NCBI GenBank assembly: GCA_964016885.1
Contig: OZ024744.1
Location: forward strand, 29,264,001 to 29,328,000
Direction: 5' to 3'
From: Eledone cirrhosa
Taxonomy: Eukaryota
DNA: 64,000 bases
Positions within the stretch are counted from its first letter, which is position 1. Every line of letters starts with the position of its first letter. Positions 51,401 through 64,000 of this stretch are shown here, in pieces. Under the pieces are notes generated by a model that had not been told where the DNA came from, searched no databases, and saw nothing but the letters and a program-made list of their open reading frames with translations. The position numbers and the translations under genes were made by a program.

Positions 51401-54002
51401 ATAGACTGGAGGGGAGAGTGGATATCTATAGAGAGGAGGAGAGATTGGATGTTTATAGACTGGGGGAGAGAGTGGACATCTATAGACTGGAGGGGAGATT
51501 GGACATTTATAGACTGGAGGGGAGAATGGACATCTATAGACTGGAGGGGAGAGTGGATATCTATAGAGTGGAGGGGAGATTGAACCTCTATAGACTGGAG
51601 GGGAGAGTGGATATCTATAGAGTGGAGGGGAGATTGGACATCTATAGAGTGGAGGAGAGGTTGGATGTCTATAGACTGGAGGGGAGACTAGACATCTATA
51701 AAGAGGAGGGGAGATTTGATGTCTATAGACTGGAGGGGAGATTCGACATCTGTAGATTGGAGGGGATATTGGACATCTATAGACTGGAGGGGAGATTGGA
51801 CATCTATAGACTGGAGGGGAGATTCGATGTCTATAGAGTGAAGGGGAAATTGGACATCTATAGAGCGGGGAGGAGATTGGATATCTATAGAGTGCAGGGG
51901 AGATTGGACATTTATAGACTGGAGGGGAGATTGGACATCTATAGAGTGTAGGGGAGATTGGACATCTATAGAGTGGAGGGGAGACTAGACATCTATAGAG
52001 AGGAGGGGAGATTTGATGTCTATAGATTGGAGGGGAGATGGGACATCTGTAGATTGGAGGGGAGATTGGACATCTATAGAGTGGAGGGGAGATTAGATGT
52101 CTATAGAGTGAAGGGAGTTTGGTCATCTATAGAGTGGAGGGGAGATTGGATGTCTATAGAGTGGATGGGAGATTGTACATTTATAGACTGGAGGGGAGAT
52201 TGGACATATATAGAGTGAAGGGGAGATTGACATATATATAGTGGAGGGGAGATTTGACGTCTATAGTCTGGAGGGAAGTTGGATGTCTATAGAGTGGAGG
52301 GGAGATTGGATATATATAAAGTGCAGGGGAGATTGGACATCTATAGACTGGAGGGGAGATTGGATGTCTGTAGACTGGAGGGGAGATTGGATGTCTATAG
52401 ACTGGAGGGGAGAGTGGACATCTATAGAGAGGTGGAGAGATTGGATGTTTATAGACTGGAGGGGAGAGTGGACATCTATAGACTGGAGGGGAGATTGGAC
52501 ATCTATAGAGAGGTGGAGAGATTGGATGTTTATAGACTGGAGGGGAGACTAGACATCTATAGAGTGAAGGGTAGATTACACATCTATAGAGTGGAGGCGA
52601 GATTGGACATCTATAGATTGGAGGGGAGATTGGACATCTATAGACTGGAGGGGAGATTCGATGTCTATAGAGTGGAGGGGAGACTCGACATCTATAGACT
52701 GGAGGGCAGACTAGATATCTATTGAGTGCAGGTGAGATTGGACATATATAGAGTGGAGGGGAGATTCCACATCTATAGAGTGCGGGGGAGATTGGGCATC
52801 TATAGAGTGCGGGGGAGATTGGACATGTACAGACTGGAGGGGAGATTGGACATCTATAGAGTGGAAGTGAGATTGGAGATCTATAGACTGGAGGGGAGAT
52901 TGGATGTCTATAGAGTGGAGGGGAGATTGGATATCTATAGAGTGCAGGGGAGATTGGACATCTATAGAGTGATGGGGAGATTGGACATCTGTAGAGAGGA
53001 GGAGAGATTGGATGTTTATAAACTGGAGGGGAGATTGGACATCTATAGAGTGTAGGGGAGATTGGACATCTATAGAGTGGAGGGGAGCTTGGATGTCTAT
53101 AGTGTGAATGGGAGATTAGACATCTATAGACTGTAGGGGAGACTAGACATCTATAGAGTGAAGGGGAGCCTAGACATCTATAGACTGGAGGGCAGACTAG
53201 ATATCTATTGAGTGCAGGCGAGATTGGACATCTATAGATTGGAGGCGAGATTGGACATGTATAGAGTGCGGGGGGAGATTGGACATCTTTAGAGTGCCGG
53301 GGAGATTGGACATCTATAGACTGGAGGGGGGGATTGGATGTCATTAGACTGGAGGGGAGATTGGATGTCATTAGACAGGAGGGGAGATATATAAAGTGAT
53401 CGGGAGATGGGACAACTATAAACTGCAGTGGAGATTATATATCTATAGAGTGAAGGGGAGATTGGGTGTCTATAGAGTGAAGGGGAGATTGGATGTCTAT
53501 AGAGTGGAGGCGAGATTGGACATCGTTAGCCTGGAGGGGAGACTGGACATCTATAGACTGAACGGGAGAGTGGATATCTATAGAGTGGAGGGGAGACTGG
53601 ACCTCTATAGGCTGGAGGGGAGATTGGACATCTATAGAGTGGAGGAGAGGTTGGATGTCTATAGACTGGAGGGGAGACTAGACATCTATAGAGAGGAGGG
53701 AGATTTGATGTCTATAGACTTGAGGGGAGATTGGACATCTGTAGATTGGAGGGGATATTGGACATCTATAGAGTGGAGGGGAGATTGGACATCTATAGAG
53801 TGCGGGGGAGATTGGACATCTGTAGATTGGAGGGGAGATGGACATCTATAGACTGGAGAGGAGATTGGACATCTATAGATTGGAGGGGAGATTGGACATC
53901 TATAGATTGCGGGGGAGATGGGGACATCTATAGAGTGGTGGGGAGGTGGGACAACTATGAACTGGAGTGGAGATTGGATATCTATAGACGGAAGGGGAGA
54001 TT
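48465..54002. repeat. 27-bp minisatellite (gattggacatctatagactggagggga), ~200 copies
   Basis: Directly visible; higher-order duplications of 270 bp and ~1.3 kb are evident from repeated ORFs. Confidence 0.97.
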
Positions 54003-54637
54003 GTCAGTGAAGATATGTGTGTGTCAGTGAAGATATGTGTGTGTGTCAGTAAAGATATGTGTGTGTGTGTGTCAATGAAGGTATGTGTGTGTCAATGAAA
54101 AATAGTGTGTGTCAGTGGAGATATGTGTGTGCCAGTGAAGATATGTGTGTGTCAGTGAAGATATGTGTGTGTGTCAGTGAAGATATGTGTGTGTGGGGGG
54201 GGGGAATGTCAGTGAAGATATGTGTGTCAACGAAGATATGTGTGTGTCAGTGAAGATATGTGTGTGTCAATGAAGATATGTGTGTGTCAGTGAAGATATT
54301 TGTGTGCCAGTGAAGATATGTGTGTGTGTCAGTGAAGATATGCGTGTGTCTCACTGAAGATATGTGTGTTTGTCAGTGAAGCTAAGTGTGTGTTTCAGTG
54401 AAAATATGTGTGTGTGTCAGTGACGATATGTGTGTGTGTCAATGAAGATATGTGTGTGTCAGTGAAGATATGTGTGTGTCTCACTGAAGATGTGTGAGTG
54501 TGTCAGTGAAGATATGTGTGTCTGTCAGTAAAGATATGTGTGTGTGTCAGTGAAGATATGTTTGTGTGTCAGTGAAGATATATATATATATGTGTATGTG
54601 TGTGTGTCAGTGAAGATATGTTTGTGTATCAGTGAAG

Positions 54638-54672
<35 letters not shown>

Positions 54673-57600
54673 AGTGTCAGTGAAGAATTGTGTGTGTGTC
54701 AGTGAAGATATGTGTGTCAGTGAAGATATGTGTGTGTGTCAGTGAAGATATGTGTGTGTGTGTGTCAGTGAAGATATGGTATGTGTGTGTCAGTGAAGAT
54801 ATGTGTGTGTGTCAGTGAAGATATGTGTGTGTGTGTGTCAGTGAAGATATGGTATGTGTGTGTCAGTGAAGATATGTGTGTGTCTGTGAAGATATGTGTG
54901 TATCAGTGAAGATATGTGTGTGTGTCAGTGAAGATATGTGTGTGTCAGGGAAGATATGTGTGTGTCTTAGTGAAGATATGTGTGTGTGTCAGTGAATATA
55001 TGTGTGTGTGTGTCACTGAAGTTGTGTGTGTGTGTCAGTGAAGATATGTGTGTGTGTCAGTGAAGATATGTGTGTGTGTCTGTGAAGATATGTGTGTGTG
55101 TAAGTAAAGATAAGTGTGTGTGTGTCAGTGAAGATATGTGTGTGTGTCTATCACTGAAGATATGTGTGTGTGTGTGTGTGTCAGTGAAGCTATTTGTGTG
55201 TCAGTGAAGATATGTGTTTGTCAGTGAAGATATGTGTGTGTGATTCAATAAAGATATGTGTGTGTGTCAGTGAAGTTATGTGTGTGTGTCTGGGAAGACA
55301 TGTGTGTGTGTCACTGAAGATGTGTGTGTGTGTCAGTGAAGATATGTGTGTGTCAGTGAAGATATGTGTGTGTGTATGTGTGTGTGTCAGTAAAGATATG
55401 TGTGTGCCAGTGAAGATATGTGTGTGTGTCAGTGAAGATATGTGTGTGTGTCAGTGAAGATATGTGGGTGTGTCAGTGAAGATATGTGTGTCAGTGAAGA
55501 TATGTGTATGTGTCAGTGAAGATATGTGTGTGTGTGTGTGTGAGTGTCAGTGAAGATGTGTGTGTGTCAATCAAGATATGTGTGTGTCAGTGAAGATATG
55601 TGTCTGTCAATGAAGATATGTGTGTGTCAGTGAAGATATGTGTGTGTCAGTGAAGATATGTGTGTGTCAGTGAAGATATGTGTCTGTCAATGAAAATATG
55701 TGTATGTCAGTGAAGATATGTGTGAGCCAGTGAAGATATGTGTGTGTGTCAGTGAAGATATGTGTGTTTCAGTGAAGATAAGTGTGTGTATCAGTGAAGA
55801 TATGTGTGTCTCAGTGAAGATATCTGTGTGTGTCACTGAAGATGTGTGAATGTGTCAGTGAAGATATGTGTGTGTGTGTATGTCAGTGAAGATGTGTGTG
55901 TGTCAGTGACGATACGTGTGTGTGTGTGTGTGTGTGTGTCAGTGAAGATGTGTGTGTGTGTCAGTGAAGATATGTGTGTATTTGTGTGTATGTCAGTGAA
56001 GATATGTGTGTGTCAGTAGAGATATGTGTGTGTGTCAGTGAAGATATGTGCGTGTCAGTGAAGATATGTGTGTGTGTCAGTGAAGATATGTGTGTGTCAG
56101 TGAAGATATGTGTGTGTCAGTAGAGATATGTGTGTATGTCAGTGAAGATAAGTGTGTGTGTCACTGAAGATGTGTGTGTGTGTGTGACAGTGAAGATATG
56201 TGTGTGTCAGTGAAGATATGTGTGTGTCAGTGAAGAGATGTTTGTGTGTCACTGAAAATGTGAGTGTTTCAGTGAAGATATGTGTGTGTGTCAGTGAAGA
56301 TATGTGTGTGTGTCACTGAATATATGTGTGTGTGTCAGTGAAGATATTTGTGTGTCTGTGAAGACATGTGTGTGTCAGTGAAGATATGTGTGTGTCATTG
56401 AAGATATGTGTGTGTGTGTCAGTGAAGATATGTGTTTGTCAGTGAAGATATGTGTGTGTGTGTGAGTGTCAGTGAACATATGTGTGTGTCTGTTAAGATA
56501 TGTGTGTGTCAGTGAAGATATGTGTGTGTGTCAGTGAAGATATGTGTGTGTCAGTGAAGATATGTGCGTGTCATTGAAGATATGTGTGTGTGTATGTGTG
56601 TGTGTCACTGAAGATATTTGTGTGTGTCAGTGTAGATATTTGTGTGCCAGTGAAGATATGTGTGTGTGTCTGTGAAGATATGTGTGTGTGTCAGTGAAGA
56701 TATGTGTGTGTCAGTGAAGATATGGGTGTGTGAATGAAGATATGTGTGTGTGTCAGTGAAGATATGTGTGTGTGTCTGTGAAGATATGTGGGAGACAGTG
56801 AAGATAGGTGTGTGTGTGTGTGATGATATGTGTGTGTGTCAGTGAAGATATTTGTGTGCCAGTGAATATATGTGTGTGTGTCAGTGAAGATATGTGTGTG
56901 TCAATGAAGACATTTGTGCGTGAATGAAGATATGTGTGTGTGTCAGTGAAGATATTTGTGTGTCTGTGAAGACATGTGTGTGTCAGTGAAGATATGTGTG
57001 TGTCATTGAAGATATGTGTGTGTATGTCAGTGAAGATATGTGTTTGTCAGTGAAGATATGTGTGTGTGTGTGAGTGTCAGTGAACATATGTGTGTGTCTG
57101 TTAAGATATGTGTGTGTCAGTGAAGATATGTGTGTGTGTCAGTGAAGATATGTGTGTGTCAGTGAAGATATGTGCGTGTCATTGAAGATATGTGTGTGTG
57201 TATGTGTGTGTGTCACTGAAGATATTTGTGTGTGTCAGTGTAGATATTTGTGTGCCAGTGAAGATATGTGTGTGTGTCTGTGAAGATATGTGTGTGTGTC
57301 AGTGAAGATATGTGTGTGTCAGTGAAGATATGGGTGTGTGAATGAAGATATGTGTGTGTGTCAGTGAAGATATGTGTGTGTGTCTGTGAAGATATGTGGG
57401 AGACAGTGAAGATAGGTGTGTGTGTGTGTGAAGATATGTGTGCGTGTCATTGAAGATATGTGTGTGTGTATGTGTGTGTGTCACTGAAGATATTTGTGTG
57501 TGTCAGTGTAGATATTTGTGTGCCAGTGAAGATATGTGTGTGTGTCTGTGAAGATATGTGTGTGTGTCAGTGAAGATATGTGTGTGTCAGTGAAGATATG

Positions 57601-60600
57601 GGTGTGTGAATGAAGATATGTGTGTGTGTCAGTGAAGATATGTGTGTGTGTCTGTGAAGATATGTGGGAGACAGTGAAGATAGGTGTGTGTGTGTGTGTG
57701 TGAAGATATGTGTGTGTGTCAGTGAAGATATGTGTGTGTCAGTGAAGATATGGGTGTGTGAATGAAGATATGTGTGTGTGTCAGTGAAGATATGTGTGTG
57801 TTTCTGTGAAGATATGTGGGAGACAGTGAAGGTAGGTGTGTGTGTGTGTGAAGATATGTGTGTGTGTCAGTGAAGATATTTGTGTGCCAGTGAATATATG
57901 TGTGTGTGTCAGTGAAGATATGTGTGTGTCAATGAAGACATGGGTGCGTGAATGAAGATATGTGTGTGTGTCAGTGAAGATATGTGTGTGTGTCTGTGAA
58001 GATATGAGTGTGACAGTGAAGATAGGTGTGTGTGTCAGTGAAGATATGTGTGTGTGTGTGACAGTGAAGATGTGTGTGTGTCAGTGAAGATATGTGTGTA
58101 TGTGTGTGTAAGTGAAGATATGTGTGTGTGTCAGTGAAGATATGTGTGTGTCAGTGAAGATATGTGTGTGTCATTGAAGATATGTGTTTGTGTCAGTGAA
58201 GATATGTGTGTGTGTGTGTGTGAGTGTCAGTGAAGATATGTGTTTGTCAATGAAGATATGTGTGTGTTTCAATAAAGATATGTGTGTGTCAGTGAAGATA
58301 TATGTGTGTGTCTGTGAAGATATGTGTGTGTGTCACTGAATATGTGTGTGTATGTCAGTGAAGATATGTGTGTGTCAGTGAAGATATGTGTGTGTCAGTG
58401 AAGATATGTGTGTGTGTATGTGTGTGGATCAGTGAGGATATGTGTCTGTGTGAGTGAAGATATGTGTGTGTATCAGTGAAAATATGTGTGTGTGTCAGTG
58501 AAGAAATGTGTGTGTCAGTGAAGATATGTGTGTGTCAGTGAAGATATGCGTGTGTCAGTGAAAATATATATGTGTGTGTGTGTTAGTGAAGATATGTGTG
58601 TGTCAGTGAAGATATGTGTGTGTCAGTGAAGATATGTGTGTGCCTAAGTGAAGATCTGTGTGTGCCAGTGAAGATATGTGTGTGTGTGTTTGTGTGTGTG
58701 TCTGTGAAGACATGTGTGTGTCAGTGAAGATATGTGTGTGTGTCATGGAAGATATGTGTATGTCAGTGAAGATATGTGTGTGTGTCACTGAAGATATGTG
58801 TGTGTCAGGGAAGATATGTGTATGTCAGTGAAGATATATGTGTGTGTCTGTGAAGATATCTGTGTGTGTGTGTGTGTGTGTGTCAGTGAAGATAGTTGTG
58901 TGTGTCAGTGAAGATATGTGTGTGTGTGTCAGTGAAGATATGTGTGTGTCAGTGAAGATATGTGCGTGTCATTGAAGATATGTGTGTGTGTATGTGTGTG
59001 TGTCACTGAAGATATTTGTGTGTGTCAGTGTAGATATTTGTGTGCCAGTGAAGATATGTGTGTGTGTCTGTGAAGATATGTGTGTGTGTCAGTGAAGATA
59101 TGTGTGTGTCAGTGAAGATATGGGTGTGTGAATGAAGATATGTGTGTGTGTCAGTGAAGATATGTGTGTGTTTCTGTGAAGATATGTGGGAGACAGTGAA
59201 GATAGGTGTGTGTGTGTGTGAAGATATGTGTGTGTGTCAGTGAAGATATTTGTGTGCCAGTGAATATATGTGTGTGTGTCAGTGAAGATATGTGTGTGTC
59301 AATGAAGACATGGGTGCGTGAATGAAGATATGTGTGTGTGTCAGTGAAGATATGTGTGTGTGTCTGTGAAGATATGAGTGTGACAGTGAAGATAGGTGTG
59401 TGTGTCAGTGAAGATATGTGTGTGTGTGTGACAGTGAAGATGTGTGTGTGTCAGTGAAGATATGTGTGTATGTGTGTGTAAGTGAAGATATGTGTGTGTG
59501 TCAGTGAAGATATGTGTGTGTCAGTGAAGATATGTGTGTGTCATTGAAGATATGTGTTTGTGTCAGTGAAGATATGTGTGTGTGTGTGTGTGAGTGTCAG
59601 TGAAGATATGTGTTTGTCAATGAAGATATGTGTGTGTTTCAATAAAGATATGTGTGTGTCAGTGAAGATATATGTGTGTGTCTGTGAAGATATGTGTGTG
59701 TGTCACTGAATATGTGTGTGTATGTCAGTGAAGATATGTGTGTGTCAGTGAAGATATGTGTGTGTCAGTGAAGATATGTGTGTGTGTATGTGTGTGGATC
59801 AGTGAGGATATGTGTCTGTGTGAGTGAAGATATGTGTGTGTATCAGTGAAAATATGTGTGTGTGTCAGTGAAGAAATGTGTGTGTCAGTGAAGATATGTG
59901 TGTGTCAGTGAAGATATGCGTGTGTCAGTGAAAATATATATGTGTGTGTGTGTTAGTGAAGATATGTGTGTGTCAGTGAAGATATGTGTGTGTCAGTGAA
60001 GATATGTGTGTGCCTAAGTGAAGATCTGTGTGTGCCAGTGAAGATATGTGTGTGTGTGTTTGTGTGTGTGTCTGTGAAGACATGTGTGTGTCAGTGAAGA
60101 TATGTGTGTGTGTCATGGAAGATATGTGTATGTCAGTGAAGATATGTGTGTGTGTCACTGAAGATATGTGTGTGTCAGGGAAGATATGTGTATGTCAGTG
60201 AAGATATATGTGTGTGTCTGTGAAGATATCTGTGTGTGTGTGTGTGTGTGTGTCAGTGAAGATAGTTGTGTGTGTCAGTGAAGATATGTGTGTGTGTGTC
60301 AGTGAAGATATGTGTGTGTGTATGTGTGTGTGTCAGTGAAGATATGTGTGTGTGTCAGTGAAGATATGTGCGTGTGTCAGTGAAGATATCTGTGTGTGTG
60401 TCAGTGAAGATATGAGTATGTCAGTGAAGACATTTGTGTGTCAGTGAAGAAATGTGTGTGTGTCAGTGAAGACATTTGTGTGTCAGTGAAGAAATGTGTG
60501 TGTGTCAGTGAAGACATTTGTGTGTCAGTGAAGATATGTGTGTGTCAGTGAAGATATGTTTGTGTGTCAGTGATGATATGTGTGTCTCAGTGAAGATATG

Positions 60601-60986
60601 TGTGTGTGTCAGTGAAGATATATGAATGTGTGTCAGTGAATATATGTGTGTGTGTCAGTGAAGATACGTGTGTGTCAGTGAAGATATGTGGGTGTCAGTG
60701 AAGATATGTGTGTGTCAGTGAAGATATGTTTGTGTGTCAGTGAAGATATGTCTGTGTATGTCACTGAAGATATGTCGGTGTATGTCACTGAAGATATGTG
60801 TGTGTATCAGTGAAGATATGTGTGTGTGTATCAGTGAAGATATGTGTGCGTCAGTGAAGATATCTGTGTGTCAGTGAAGATATGTGTGTTAGTGGAGATA
60901 TGTGTATGTGTCAGTGAAGATATGTGTGTCAGTGAAGATATGTTTTGTCAGTGAAGATATATATGTGTGTGTGTGTGTCAGTGAAG
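54003..60986. repeat. ~20-24-bp minisatellite cagtgaagatat(gt)n
   Basis: Constant 12-bp core with a variable (GT)n spacer; 1370-bp higher-order duplication (58603 vs 59973). Confidence 0.97.
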
Positions 60987-60994
60987 GTTCGTTT

Positions 60995-61665
60995 GCACAC
61001 TCATACACTCAGACACAAAAACACTCACACACATACACACGCGCAAACAAAAACTTACACACATACAATCACACACAGAAATACACGCGCACACACACAT
61101 ACATTCACACACAAAAACACACAGACACACATACACTGAGACACATACACTTGCACACAGAAACACTCACACATAATTGTTTCTATATTTTGTCACAACG
61201 CCAGCAAGTCACCAGTACATTACTGGTACTTTATTTTATCGACCCCGTAAGGATGAAAGGCAAAGTTAACCGCGGCGGGACTTGAACTCAGAATGGCTAG
61301 GGCCGTAACGCTATTCGTCAAAGCATGGCGTCCGACCCTCTACCGATACTGCTAATCCACCAGAAACACTCATACATAATAACACTCAAACACACACACA
61401 CTCACACACACATACACTCACACACAAACACTCTCACACACACCAACAGTCACATACACACATACACTCGCACACACTAACAGTCACATACTCAGACACT
61501 CACATACACCAACAGTCACACACACTTACACTCACACAAAAATGCACTCAGACAAGCATACACTCACACACAAACACACACGCACACACCAACAGTCATA
61601 CACACTTACACTCACACACACATGTACTCAGACACACATACATTCAGACACATATACACTCACAA
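60995..61665. repeat. Degenerate (CA)n-rich low-complexity region, interrupted by a SINE
   Basis: Directly visible. Confidence 0.9.
61178..61360 (-). mobile_element. tRNA-derived SINE with a 20-bp target-site duplication
   Basis: Reverse complement of the 685 and 47199 SINEs; cagaaacactca(c/t)acataat at 61158-61177 and 61361-61380. Confidence 0.9.
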
Positions 61666-61714
61666 AAGTGTAGACATTCTATGAACGCTAGTTAAACGTA
61701 ATTATTACATACAC

Positions 61715-62030
61715 ACTACTACTTTGACGCTAAACTCCGCTAGGAGCAGACTGCACGTCAACATGAGATATTTATCTCCACAAAGTTCGATCACCAACAT
61801 CAGATTTAAAAAGAAAAGATCAACTCGTGGTGTGAGTATGTTATGCCTGGAAAGAAAGTTGGCTGGTAAGAGAAGCAAAGGCCAACAGCCATAACAATTA
61901 CTTAATAATATGGACTGGCCTTGGTCTTTGCTCTTTAAACTCTGCTGTTGGTGATCGAACTTTGTAGAGAAAAATATCTCATGTTGATGCGCAGTCTGCA
62001 ACTGACGGAATTTAGCGTCAAAGTAGTAGT
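61715..62030. mobile_element. MITE-like element with ~108-bp imperfect terminal inverted repeats
   Basis: 61715-61822 (actactactttgacgctaaa...aaagttcgatcaccaaca...) is the inverse of 61921-62030; ~100-bp spacer. Confidence 0.78.
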
Positions 62031-62136
62031 AAGTAGTAGATGAGTTACCTCCCTTTGCGTATTCAAAGTAATCCAATTTATTTTACTTACGGGATAAAAA
62101 AAATATATACAGGACACAATCCCGCATTCCTTCCTT

Positions 62137-62175
<39 letters not shown>

Positions 62176-62336
62176 ATTCCGATAATTTGATCAGAGACAC
62201 ACTGTTTTTAAGGTCGAGTAACGCAATTTCGAGTCATCACCGGCTTTTAGACTTACCTGATGAATGAAACAATTGTTAATACTGTAAATAAAACCCTTGT
62301 TTGTACAGTCGGCCATGTTATTCTTCACTCTTTCAC

Positions 62337-62486
<150 letters not shown>

Positions 62487-62634
62487 TGCTCTGAAATAGC
62501 GATATATATGTGAAGATAGACATAGAATATTCGAAAATATTCTGTATGTTTATAATAAACATTTTGAAGACCTAATCGCTATAGAATAGAATACGTCACG
62601 TATTACAATTAGATTCTCGATAAAAGCAAGGGAA

Positions 62635-62677
62635 GTAACCTACGCGTTTCATTCTTATTAGAAATCTTCAGGATTAC
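62635..62677 (-). ncRNA. Type I hammerhead ribozyme (unit 1)
   Basis: Reverse complement gtaatc-CTGAAGA-t-ttct aata agaa-t-GAAACGCGTA-ggttac: 6-bp helix I, 4-bp helix II, palindromic helix III, GUA site. Confidence 0.88.
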
Positions 62678-62944
62678 ATATCCAGTGCTTTTATCGAGAA
62701 TGACACAGCTAGAGACTTATAGAATACTTAGCTGTGTACAGGAACTGGTTTGAAAGAGCGGTTGCCGGTCCGGCAGAAATTAGAAATTGGATTAAATGCT
62801 CTGAAATAGCGATATATATGTGAAGATAGACATAGAATATTCGAAAATATTCTGTATGTTTATAATAAACATTTTGAAGACCTAATCGCTATAGAATAGA
62901 ATACGTCACGTATTACAATTAGATTCTCGATAAAAGCAAGGGAA

Positions 62945-62987
62945 GTAACCTACGCGTTTCATTCTTATTAGAAATCTTCAGGATTAC
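62945..62987 (-). ncRNA. Type I hammerhead ribozyme (unit 2)
   Basis: Identical motif 310 bp further. Confidence 0.88.
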
Positions 62988-63254
62988 ATATCCAGTACTT
63001 TTATCGAGAATGACACAGCTAGAGACTTATAGAATACTTAGCTGTGTACAGGAACTGGTTTGAAAGAGCGGTTGCCGGTCCGGCAGAAATTAGAAATTGG
63101 ATTAAATGCTCTGAAATAGCGATATATATGTGAAGATAGACATAGAATATTCGAAAATATTCTGTATGTTTATAATAAACATTTTGAAGACCTAATCGCT
63201 ATAGAATAGAATACGTCACGTATTACAATTAGATTCTCGATAAAAGCAAGGGAA

Positions 63255-63297
63255 GTAACCTACGCGTTTCATTCTTATTAGAAATCTTCAGGATTAC
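63255..63297 (-). ncRNA. Type I hammerhead ribozyme (unit 3)
   Basis: Identical motif. Confidence 0.88.
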
Positions 63298-63564
63298 AAA
63301 TCCAGTGCTTTTATCGAGAATGACACAGCTAGAGACTTATAGAATACTTAGCTGTGTACAGGAACTGGTTTGAAAGAGCGGTTGCCGGTCCGGCAGAAAT
63401 TAGAAATTGGATTAAATGCTCTGAAATAGCGATATATATGTGAAGATAGACATAGAATATTCGAAAATATTCTGTATGTTTATAATAAACATTTTGAAGA
63501 CCTAATCGCTATAGAATAGAATACGTCACGTATTACAATTAGATTCTCGATAAAAGCAAGGGAA

Positions 63565-63607
63565 GTAACCTACGCGTTTCATTCTTATTAGAAATCTTCA
63601 GGATTAC
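63565..63607 (-). ncRNA. Type I hammerhead ribozyme (unit 4)
   Basis: Identical motif. Confidence 0.88.
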
Positions 63608-63874
63608 ATATCCAGTGCTTTTATCGAGAATGACACAGCTAGAGACTTATAGAATACTTAGCTGTGTACAGGAACTGGTTTGAAAGAGCGGTTGCCGGTC
63701 CGGCAGAAATTAGAAATTGGATTAAATGCTCTGAAATAGCGATATATATGTGAAGATAGACATAGAATATTCGAAAATATTCTGTATGTTTATAATAAAC
63801 ATTTTGAAGACCTAATCGCTATAGAATAGAATACGTCACGTATTACAATTAGATTCTCGATAAAAGCAAGGGAA

Positions 63875-63917
63875 GTAACCTACGCGTTTCATTCTTATTA
63901 GAAATCTTCAGGATTAC
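63875..63917 (-). ncRNA. Type I hammerhead ribozyme (unit 5)
   Basis: Identical motif. Confidence 0.88.
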
Positions 63918-64000
63918 ATATCCAGTGCTTTTATCGAGAATGACACAGCTAGAGACTTATAGAATACTTAGCTGTGTACAGGAACTGGTTTGAAAGAGCG

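Noticed and set aside
48563-53851. Long ORFs of up to 396 aa (PPLYRCPIS / LDIYRLEGR repeats)
   Set aside because: Translations of the 27-bp minisatellite, open in several frames on both strands; no gene evidence.
62251-62290. Hammerhead-like ctgatga-at-gaaac-aattgtt on +
   Set aside because: No helix II and no helix I partner adjacent to a cleavage triplet.

Overview
Repeat-only eukaryotic (animal) DNA with no recognisable host gene. TTAGGG repeats and the SINE type suggest a mollusc, possibly an octopus (inference only). 1-17.2 kb is a cluster of Tx1/L1-clade LINEs on +, including one near-intact 5.9 kb copy, interleaved with R4/Dong-type RLE LINE fragments on -; both types sit in (ATT/TAA)n microsatellites. 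17.3-19.3 kb holds Penelope-type remnants with two hammerhead ribozyme motifs. 19.9-21.0 kb holds telomeric tracts in head-to-head orientation. 21.1-23.8 kb is a nest of non-autonomous Helitrons. 23.8-45.3 kb is a macrosatellite whose 3.3-3.4 kb and 2.2 kb units alternate a Helitron 3' end plus helicase fragment with degenerate (CCCTAA)n tracts. 45.1-48.3 kb is a decayed Rep/Helicase Helitron whose 69-bp repeat resembles 23-aa STPR-like coding repeats. 48.5-61 kb consists of two large minisatellites. A MITE and a SINE follow, and from 62.48 kb to the window end lies a near-identical 310-bp tandem array in which every unit carries a type I hammerhead ribozyme on -, consistent with a non-LTR retrozyme. 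Coordinates were read by eye, and boundaries may be off by some bases.
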